From the NCBI GenBank assembly GCA_020184695.1, contig JAANOX010000004.1:248001-312000 (forward strand): 64,000 nucleotides of DNA. Direction: 5' to 3'. The notes under the pieces are model-generated. The model did no database searches, was not told where the DNA came from, and saw only the letters and a program-made list of their open reading frames with translations. The number at the start of each line of letters is the position of its first letter. Within the stretch, counting starts at the first letter, position 1. The position numbers and the translations under genes were made by a program. The stretch is from Histomonas meleagridis 2922-C6/04-290x. Taxonomy: Eukaryota; Protista; Parabasalia. Shown in pieces: positions 53,501 through 63,270 of the stretch.

Positions 53501-55053
53501 GTCGAACATTTAATGATTTATCACAATACCCAATATTTCCATGGGTATTAAATGATTATAATTCATTAACATTAGATTTAACTGATAAAAAAATTTATCG
53601 AAAATTCTCTGATTCTATAAATAAAGAAAATGTTTTAAGTAAAGAAATTGTGTTAAAATATTTATCTAATTTAGAACCATTTAAATCAAAAACTAATGAA
53701 AGAATTGATACAATTAATAATTTGTTCTTAAGTAAATCATTCGAATTAATTCCCGAGTTTTATTATGATTTCGATTTCCTTAAAATCGAAAATTTACCAA
53801 AATGGTCAAATGATTCGATTTTCGAATTCATATATATCATGAGAAAAGCACTTGAAAGTGATATTGTATCAGAGAATTTATGTTTTTGGTTTGATTTAAT
53901 ATGGGGAATTAATAATAATAATAAAATTCCAAAATTATTTACATCTGTTCATCCATATAAACATTTAAATCAAATCGAACCATTAATCATTAATAAAAAC
54001 TTTGTTATGTTTCCGAATGAACAAAATTTAAATATTTTATTTGTAAAAATCGAACGCATTAAAAAACTTACGTATAAAATCTTCTTAATTAATAACAATG
54101 GACAAATTGTTATACATTTATTTGATTTTATTAATAATAAACGAAATAGAAATATACAACGAAATAATTCACAAAATATTATTCCAATTGTTAAATCATC
54201 GAATTCATTACATTTTTCTGGATCTGATTCATCATTAAAAATTAATACACAAAATGAAGAAGAAATTGAAAATAAAATTAATGTAACTTCTTCAACTAAA
54301 GAAATAAATGATTTAACAAAAATATTAAAAAATATTAATGTTATTACACATATTAATAACTCATTAATCGGTATAATATCATCAAAACAATTATATGTTA
54401 TCGATTTAAACAAATTTATATTCGAAAAAATTAATAAAAATATTATCGGAATATGTTCACAAGGAAATTATATAGTAACAATTAATATAAATTATACTAT
54501 TGATATTTATAAATATGATTTTAATCATTTGTTATGTAATATTCCTTATTGTGGTTCTATTTCTTGTTATTATATTAGTTCAAATTATTTTGCATTTGTG
54601 TTTGGTACTAACGAAAGTAATTTAATAATTTCTTCTTTGACTAAAAATGAAATTATTAATGTAATAAACTTAAAAAATAAAAATTTGAAACTTATAACCA
54701 TTACTAATGGTTGGGGTTTCATTGTTGTTTTCGCTACAAAAATTAATGAATTAGAACATAAAAATTATTTGTACGTGTTTTCGATTAATGGAAAATTTAT
54801 ACGGAAAAAGAAAACCGATTTCGAAATCGTTTCGTGGTGTAATTGGACATCGAAAAAAGGTTTCGATTACTTTGTGGTGTCTGACGAAGATGGTAATATA
54901 TATTCGTTTGAGGCTTTTTATTGCGATATTGATAAGGAAATATATCGATGCAGAACAAAAGTAAATGCATTAAATTATTTGGAAGAAATTAAATGCGTTG
55001 TGGCATCTACAAGTGATGGGAAAGTTTTGTTTTTACCACATGACGAAAAATAA
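47590..55053 (+). CDS. Beige/BEACH-domain protein (ConA-like, PH, degenerate BEACH, WD40 tail)
   Basis: [66 protein letters not shown]; first ATG in the open frame at 47671, upstream ATG at 47527 separated by TGA. Confidence 0.9.
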   Translation: [2487 protein letters not shown]

Positions 55054-55097
55054 TAAACATTATGTATAATTTATATATTTTGTTGTTATTATTATTT

Positions 55098-55328
55098 ATG
55101 TGAAATACCAAAGATGAGCACAATGAGTTGAACTCAGGCGATCTCGAGCAAAAGTACATGGACAAGATCGAGAAGTCGGAAGAGTCCAACCAAATATTGG
55201 TGGAGACGAAGAACAATAACAACAATTCTGATATAGCTCAAAGTTCAAACAATACGACTGCAAATGAAGTGGGCATGTGTGTGCCTGTTATCATTGATAT
55301 GGTTAAAGAAATATACCAATGTCAGTAG
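55098..55328 (+). other. Short hydrophilic reading frame beginning ATG-TGA; gene status uncertain
   Basis: ATG 55098, TGA 55101, then 74 open codons with higher GC than the flanks; internal ATG at 55158. Confidence 0.3.
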
Positions 55329-55695
55329 AGATAAAGATGATGAAGTGCATACTGAACTTCTTACGTTGAAATAAGTTAAAAAATATTTCATTGTGATGAA
55401 GTAGAACTATATCAAATAACTTTTAAGTATTACTAAAAATCAATTTAAATACCCTTGCTCATTCTTTATGAAGAATTTCCTTTTATTTTCAAAGTAACGG
55501 GTAGAATAATATTTCAGAAGTTACATAAATTAAATGCAACATTTATTTGAGGATCAATATTCTTATGGTGTATATCAGTTTAAAATGTTTTATTGCATCT
55601 ATATATCGTGAAATTATCAAATAATTTTTACATATTTAATGTTTAGAATTACATAACATTTATTTACATATGATAACATATGAAAGTTTATTATA

Positions 55696-56850
55696 TTAAT
55701 CAATTTTTGGGTTTCTGTTTTTTAATGTTTGCACAATTCCTAATGACATTACGATCACAAACACAAATGCAATCATTGCATACAAAATGACTCCATATAT
55801 TCCACCTCCACTTTCGACGATATCGAATATGTTTCCCATAAATCCTATAAATCCTGCTCCAGGGCCTGCAGCTCGTGCATTACCATCTAAAACTCTATTT
55901 ACCCATTTAATAATTTTATTCTCAGTTTTTTTCTTTCTATAATACCAAACAAGTTTTAATGAAGGATTATACATTAAAAGTTGTGATCCTTTATCAGTTG
56001 GAATTGCTAAGTTTAGACAAATTTTTGGGTTATCGCCACAATGAACGATAGCGATTCTTAACGGTTCCGGAAGTTTTGATGCGATTTTAGTTAATTCAGG
56101 TTCATAATATGGGTATTCATCAGAAAGAATCAGAACCGTACTGTTAATAGTAATACAATAATTAATGAAAAGCTGTGAAATTGAAGAAATCGGAGGAAAA
56201 ACACGTTTAGAAATAAATGATTGTAAATTAAATTTGGTAAAATGATCTTGAAAAGAAACAGTAAGATTAAATGGTCTATAATGATATTTTAGAATTGGTT
56301 CATCACCAGTGAAATATACAAAATTAAGATTAAAGAAATAACATGGATAAATCTCATATTGAATTGAAAGGTTTTCTATAATAGAATATATGTATGTAGA
56401 ATGAAGACCTTGGAAAAGGAAAATTGATGATGTATTATGTTTTTCAATTTCTTGATTAAGTTGAGATTCATTTTTAATATTTATAAATGTAGGTGATAGT
56501 TGTTTCTCAACAAATGTAATAAGATCATCTAATTCAATAGCACCTGTGTATTGTTCAGCTTCATCAGGTGTAGTTTTTACTAAATAAAAACCTGGTGTTA
56601 AAAAATCTGGAAATTGTTTACAAAGTTGATTATCATAATCACAAGTAATTGTTGAAATCAAGACATTTGTATTATTTTTAAAATGATCTTCAAGCATTTT
56701 CCATGTTGGAAGCATTTCATGACAATATGGACAATATTGCGAAATTAAAGCCACAAAAACAGGACAATGTTTATAGCTACCAATAAATATCGAAGAGTTT
56801 TCTCTAGTAATCGGTACTGAATATGATAATTGTATAAAAATTAGAATCAT
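55696..56850 (-). CDS. Thioredoxin/PDI-like membrane protein (CPYC active site, signal peptide, C-terminal TM)
   Basis: MILIFIQLSYS signal, SQYCPYCHEMLPTW, TM GVILYAMIAFVFVIVMSLGIV; ATG at 56850. Confidence 0.85.
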   Translation of the reverse strand: MILIFIQLSYSVPITRENSSIFIGSYKHCPVFVALISQYCPYCHEMLPTWKMLEDHFKNNTNVLISTITCDYDNQLCKQFPDFLTPGFYLVKTTPDEAEQYTGAIELDDLITFVEKQLSPTFINIKNESQLNQEIEKHNTSSIFLFQGLHSTYIYSIIENLSIQYEIYPCYFFNLNFVYFTGDEPILKYHYRPFNLTVSFQDHFTKFNLQSFISKRVFPPISSISQLFINYCITINSTVLILSDEYPYYEPELTKIASKLPEPLRIAIVHCGDNPKICLNLAIPTDKGSQLLMYNPSLKLVWYYRKKKTENKIIKWVNRVLDGNARAAGPGAGFIGFMGNIFDIVESGGGIYGVILYAMIAFVFVIVMSLGIVQTLKNRNPKID

Positions 56851-56899
56851 TTGATTTGATACAGATTTTACATAAGAAAAGTGACAACAGTAAAGCAGA

Positions 56900-59791
56900 A
56901 TGACACAACTTAGTTCTTTACCAACAACAGCATCAAGTTGGGCACAAACATTTAATGAAAGTTTCAAATATGTTGATGAAGCATTAAGCTATGTTGTATT
57001 TAATCGAAGTAAATGTACTTTAATAGCACATGAAATGAATGAATTTTTAAACGAACTTGAACGTAAAAGCGACAACGATTTAACACGAGCAGAGGTAACT
57101 TCTTTATTTGAATTTTTAAAAGCAACAGCAGCCTTTATCGGAATAATATATTCTTATACCCCAGAAAATTGGTTAAATTTTTTCCTTACAAAAGAACTCA
57201 ATCAAAGTTATAATGATCTTTCAATTCTTTGGGATGCCTGGTCTGATTGTTCCACAGTATTATGCTTTAATTCTTTTGAAAGTCTAGATCAATTAGCGTT
57301 TTGTCATTCCCAAGATTTAATATCCATATACACAGTCATTACGCAAGGTTTCAGTCAGTTTCCGCATCAAGCCCAAGCAGTTGTCCGTGAAAAACTTGAA
57401 GAAATTGTATCAATAATTCAATCACCACAATTTGTCAGTAACGACGAATCGAACAAAAGCATTTTATTACAATCTGATTGGGAGATCATCAAGCCTAACA
57501 TTGGTCGAGGTGGTTATGCGACTGTGCATTTAGCCAAATTATTATCAACCGGCGAAGAGATCGCAGTTAAAGAGCTTCATGCCACACAACTCAACAGCCG
57601 CCGAATCAACTACTTAAAACGCGAAATTAACTCCATGACACATTTGCATCATCCCAATTTGCTTACACTTATTGGTGTCACAGTTACGCCTCCTTTTTGC
57701 ATTGCGACGCAGTTCATACCGAATGGCTCATTACAATCGTTGATATATCAATCGGATGACTTGAAGCCATTATTAGCCAGTGAAATAGCGTTAGATGTTG
57801 CACGCGCAATGGAATATTTACATGCGCAAGGAATGATACATCGAGATCTTAAGCCATCGAACATCTTAATGAGCAAAGATTATCGAGCTATTGTCTGTGA
57901 CTTTGGGTTAACACGAATGATAGCACCTATTATGTCCAGTGAGTTAGGTACATTACAATGGATGGCACCTGAGATCCTTATTCCTGGCGGCGAATATGAC
58001 ACGTCAGTGGATGTATATGCATATGGAATTATTCTATATGAAATGTGCTCGCGGAAATTCCCTTATGAAGGATGTAAACAAGTACAAATCGCAGCAAAAG
58101 TATTACAAGGAGAACGGCCTGAAATACCGGAAGGAACTCCATATCAATTAAAGGACTTGATCACGAGATGTTGGTCACAACAAATCGAGAAAAGGCCAAC
58201 GATGCATCAAATTGTGGAAGAATTATCAAATGGACAAACATTATTTCCGGGCACGAATTCAAATGAGTTTAGACAATGGGTTAAGAAGACATCGCCTGCA
58301 CATGTTGACGCAATCGAAGCATTATTAAAGCAACAAAATGATTCAAATACTTTAATTGCAAGATTAAGTAACTTAAGTCCTTTGGACCCATTAACATTAC
58401 CAACGTTAAAGAATATATATGAATCGAAACTTGAAAACCCATTGATGATTAATGATATTATTAACTTGGCATTACAAAACGTATCAGAGCCAGTACAAAA
58501 CTTGTCGTTTAAGATAATCGAACGAATATTAACATCGAATTCTTTGGATTCAAACGTATTAATACAATCAATATTAAAGATATGGACAATTAATCCAAAT
58601 TTTATCATTAATAATATAAATAAATTCGTTAATAAACTTGAAGATAAAAGTTTGTTAATAAAAGGAATATTAACAAATGGTAATCAAAATGATCAAACTA
58701 TTGACGTCATTGAACAAATAACTGATATTAATAACTTTCAAATTGTGTTTGAACATTTGAAAGATGAAAACTTATTAAACAAATTATTAATAAAATGGAT
58801 TCGTAACTTCGGCGTCAAAATAGAAATGGCGCCTGCTGCAGTATCATCGATATCTTCTTTGATTACCTTCATCCAAAGTGTTGAACAAACTTCAAAATTC
58901 GATGCGTTATGTTTAAATGAAAGAGATAAAAAACGAATTCAACAAATTTTGACCAAGTTGAAATCGGAAAAATATAAAAATTCAATTGAAGATATGAACT
59001 TGATCATTAATACTTTGTTGCCTTTCTTTATTAAAGGTGGTCCTGGTGTTGGTACATTGCAAATATTAAATTATGGAGCAAAACTTCCACAAATTGCTGA
59101 GCTAATATCGAAATTAGACTTCTGGGATTTGTTTTCGCAATGTTTAAATAATAATAACAAAGAAATAGAGAACTTAACTATAAAAATTTTGCTCAAATTG
59201 GACATAATTCCATTGGACAAAATCAAGAAGATTTGGAAGCCGTTAATTCTGATGTTTTTACATCAGCAAAATTTGAATACATTGAAATTGATCAAAAAGT
59301 TGATGAAAATTAAATCAAAATTGGATATAACGATATACATTTTGGCTTTGATTAAAGGTTTACAAACGGAGAATTCTTCGGTTTATACGAAAGTGCTCTT
59401 TAAGTTAAAACTTAAAAAATTCGAAGTACATTTAGATAAAAGAATTTGGAGAAATATAGCACAGGAAATTAAGGATAATTACGTGGTTAACGCTACAATT
59501 GCTTTGTTTTATATTAAGGTATATAATGAAATTGAAAATACAACAGTATCATACGAATTGATAACCGCGTTGTTAAACTCATTGTATGGAAATTCTCCCC
59601 CATTTAACTTGATTGTGCCGATTTTACAGATGATAGTTTTGATGATTAGTGATCCAAATATGATAATATTTTTGGTACATAATAATTTCATACAATACTT
59701 GCATCAACTACCTGAAAGATATCCTAACGAGGACAGAATCACAGCGGTGTTACAAAATTTTGCTGTTGTATTTAGAGGAAAATCTGAATAA
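56900..59791 (+). CDS. TKL-family protein kinase with C-terminal ARM/HEAT-like region
   Basis: GRGGYATV, VAVK-like IAVKEL, HRDLKPSN, DFG, GTLQWMAPE, DVYAYG. Confidence 0.92.
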   Translation: MTQLSSLPTTASSWAQTFNESFKYVDEALSYVVFNRSKCTLIAHEMNEFLNELERKSDNDLTRAEVTSLFEFLKATAAFIGIIYSYTPENWLNFFLTKELNQSYNDLSILWDAWSDCSTVLCFNSFESLDQLAFCHSQDLISIYTVITQGFSQFPHQAQAVVREKLEEIVSIIQSPQFVSNDESNKSILLQSDWEIIKPNIGRGGYATVHLAKLLSTGEEIAVKELHATQLNSRRINYLKREINSMTHLHHPNLLTLIGVTVTPPFCIATQFIPNGSLQSLIYQSDDLKPLLASEIALDVARAMEYLHAQGMIHRDLKPSNILMSKDYRAIVCDFGLTRMIAPIMSSELGTLQWMAPEILIPGGEYDTSVDVYAYGIILYEMCSRKFPYEGCKQVQIAAKVLQGERPEIPEGTPYQLKDLITRCWSQQIEKRPTMHQIVEELSNGQTLFPGTNSNEFRQWVKKTSPAHVDAIEALLKQQNDSNTLIARLSNLSPLDPLTLPTLKNIYESKLENPLMINDIINLALQNVSEPVQNLSFKIIERILTSNSLDSNVLIQSILKIWTINPNFIINNINKFVNKLEDKSLLIKGILTNGNQNDQTIDVIEQITDINNFQIVFEHLKDENLLNKLLIKWIRNFGVKIEMAPAAVSSISSLITFIQSVEQTSKFDALCLNERDKKRIQQILTKLKSEKYKNSIEDMNLIINTLLPFFIKGGPGVGTLQILNYGAKLPQIAELISKLDFWDLFSQCLNNNNKEIENLTIKILLKLDIIPLDKIKKIWKPLILMFLHQQNLNTLKLIKKLMKIKSKLDITIYILALIKGLQTENSSVYTKVLFKLKLKKFEVHLDKRIWRNIAQEIKDNYVVNATIALFYIKVYNEIENTTVSYELITALLNSLYGNSPPFNLIVPILQMIVLMISDPNMIIFLVHNNFIQYLHQLPERYPNEDRITAVLQNFAVVFRGKSE

Positions 59792-59985
59792 AATCGTTTT
59801 AATTTGTGTTTTTGGTTTTATAAAATAATATTAATGAAATGAATTTACTTCATAACGCTTAATTATAGAAGTATTTGGAAAAAAAAATTTGGCAGAAAGG
59901 TTTCACAAATACATCTGAAGAAAAATGTTTTACTTAAAAGATAGTTCTTATGACAAGTGAACTCATGGGAAATAGGGTTTACATT

Positions 59986-62004
59986 TTATTTTGTCATATT
60001 TAGACGCCAAAAGAAGTGGTGCAGAACATTATTTTCAGTTATTTTAATAAGTGTTGTTGCAAATGATTCGAATAATTTTCAAATTTTATATAAAAATATC
60101 AAAAAATTTATATAAAAACGAAATTGAATAAATAAATATTTTTAAACTTATCATCAATTCCTTCTTGTTCAAGAAGTAATTTAACTGTTTTTGAATTACC
60201 ATATTTAGATGCTATAATAAGTGCGCTATCAAATATTTTAAATAATTTCCGAATACTATATAGAAATATCAAAATATTAAAATAAGTTTTAAATAAAACA
60301 TATAAATATTTTTAGCATTAATATCGATTCCTTCTTGTTCAAGAAGTAATTGAACTATTTCTATATGACCTTTAAATGATGCAAACATAAGTGCTGTTTC
60401 AAATATTTTAAATAATTTCCAAATATTATATTGAAATATTAAATTATTAAAACAAAATTTAAATAAAAAATATAAATGTTTCTTTCATTAACATCAATTC
60501 TTTTTTGCTCTAGAAGTGATTGGACTGTTTTTATATCATTATTTACGATTAAAACCATAAATGCTGTATTAAACAATTTAAATAATTTCCAAATATTATC
60601 TTGAAATAAGAAGTTATTAAAAAAATTTTTAAACAAAATAAATAAATATTTTTAGCATTAATATCAATTCCTTCTTGTTCAAGAAGTAATTTAACTGTTC
60701 CTATTTTACCATTTCTAGATGCTAAAATAAGTGCTGTCTCAAATAATTTAAATAATTTTCAAATATTATTTTGAAATTTCAAATTGTTAAAATAAATTTT
60801 AATTAAAACAAATAAATACCTTTCGTATTTATATCAATTCCTTCTTGTTCAAGAAGTAATTGAACAATTTTTATATAACCATTTATAGATGCATACATTA
60901 GCGCTGTATAAAATAATTTAAATAATTTCCAAATATTATTTTGAAACTTCAAAATATTAAAGTAAATTTTAAATAAAACAAATAAATATCTTTAGCATTA
61001 ATATCAATTCCTTTACGCTCAAGAAGTAATTTAACGATTTCTCTTCGATCAAATGAAGATGCCCACAAAAATGCTGTTCGATACATTTTTAATATTTTCC
61101 AAATATTATTTTGAAATCACAAATCATTAAAATAAATATTAATTAAAACAAATAAATATCTTTAGCATTAATATCAATTCCTTCTTGTTCAAGAAGTAAT
61201 TTAACTATTTCTGTATAACCATTTATAGTTGCATACATTAGCGCTGTATAAAATAATTTAAATAATTTCCAAATATTATTTTGAAATATCAAATAATTAA
61301 AACAAAATTTATATAAAACAAATACATATCTTTCGTATTTATATCAATTTCATCTTGTTCAAGAAGTAATTTAACTGTTTTTATATGACCTTCTCTAGAT
61401 GCTAACATAAGTGCTGTATAAAATAATTTAAATAATTTCCAAATATTATTTTGAAATATCAAATAATTAAAACAAAATTTAAATATAACAAATAAATAAC
61501 TTTCGTATATATATCAATTTCATCTTGTTCAAGAAGTAATTTAACTATTTCTGTTTTGCCACTTGAAGATGCTAAGTATAATGGAGTTTGAATTTATTCA
61601 AACAATTACCAAATATTGCTTTAATATAATATTTTATTGAAATATACATAAAATAAACAAAAATGATATTTTTACTATTAATATTTCCCACCTTATTAAG
61701 AAAGAATTTAAACACTTCAACATTATCACTTTGTGATGCTAATAAAAGTGCTGAATTAAAAATATTAATTAAATTCCAAATATTATTTTAAAATCCAATA
61801 TCAGTATAATGAAAATTGAAAACTATAAACAAATATCTTTGGCATTAATATTAATTCCTTCTTGTTCGAGAAGAAGTTGGATAATTTTCATATATCCTTT
61901 TAATGATGCTATTAATAATGGTGTTCTAAATATTTGAAATGATTTTTAAATATTATTAATATATATCATAATATTATAACAAACTCGAAAACATTATAAT
62001 AATC
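59986..62004 (-). repeat. Array of 12 spacers of exactly 80 nt alternating with 90-nt (one 87-nt) ankyrin cassettes; 170-nt period
   Basis: Spacers at 61925-62004, 61755-61834, 61588-61667, 61418-61497, 61248-61327, 61078-61157, 60908-60987, 60738-60817, 60568-60647, 60398-60477, 60228-60307, 60058-60137. Confidence 0.92.
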
Positions 62005-63270
62005 ATCTCTTTCATTAATATCAATTCCTTTTTGTTGTAATACAAATTGAACAAGTTCGATATTTCCTGATTCTGTTGCATATAATAAAATTTTTTTAGG
62101 AATTTCATAATTTTGAAGAAAATATTCAACAAGATATAAATTACCAATTTTTGCTGATACATTAATTATATATTCATCAAACTGAATTTCTTTTTCTAAT
62201 AATGAAAAAATTTCATAATTACCTTTGTTAATGCAATAATAAATTAATTCTTGTAACTTTACTTCATATAGTGTTTGCGTATTGTTTACATAATACCCAA
62301 ATTTTTGGAATGGAATTTGTTTTGTATTTACATATGTTGTTGCTTGTTGATTTTTATCTAATTTTTCGATTTTATTTTCAAAAAGATATTTAAAGATATC
62401 ATTTCGATGAAATTCAATTGCTGTTTCATATGCATCTTCAAATGTTGAATGATTTTGTTCACATAAATGAATAATTTCTTCATTTCCACCTGCAACTGCA
62501 TATTTACCTGTGTTTTCTACACTTGCTCCATTCATAAGTAAATATTTAAAACATTTAACAGAAGAAAAAAATGCTGCATAATCAATTAATGAAACATTTT
62601 CTTTATTAATGAATGAACATCTTTCATAAAGTGATGGTTCAATTTTCTGGTTAAAATCAAAATTTTCTTGTGATGAAACTTCTTGAAGTTTTTCTATTTC
62701 ATCATTTCGAATTATTTTTGCAAGTTCATTTGGATTTACTCCTTCTACAATTAATTTTTTGTGAAGCTCCCAATCATTCTTAGAAAGTTCATTATAATTT
62801 TTTAAAAATGTATCTTCAATTATATCATTTTTATATTTTATTTTGTTTTCTAATTTTGTTTTATAGTGTGCAAAATATTTAGTTGTAAATTTTTTTGTAA
62901 TATTTGAATCAACTAAATTTTTTTCGATCATTTTCTCAATAACATAATATGTTTCTTGTGTATCAAATTCTGATATATAATTAATTAAAATTTCATTAAT
63001 TGTTGTTTTGTTATTATTATTAATTTCATCTTCTTTTGCTTGAATTGTGTGTAAGTAATTAAAATATGTTTCTATTGTTTCTCTTCGAGTTAAAAATGCA
63101 GAATAAACCAGTATGATTAAACAATTATTAAATGTATAACGAAAATTTTTATCAAATAAAAGAATTGTTTGTGCAACAGTGAAATCAAAATTATTATCGC
63201 TTAAACTAAAAACCAGTTGTTCAAGAGAATTTGGTTTTAAATAACAAACCGATTGATTGTTTTCATTCAT
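59986..63270 (-). CDS. DUF3447-type ankyrin gene, locus 4: head plus 12 spacer-separated cassettes (the last degenerate)
   Basis: ATG at 63270; head frame ends inside the first spacer (61966); 11 intact stop-free ankyrin cassettes follow, then TTLIKITENNVLHHFFWRLNMTK* ending at 59986. Confidence 0.8.
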
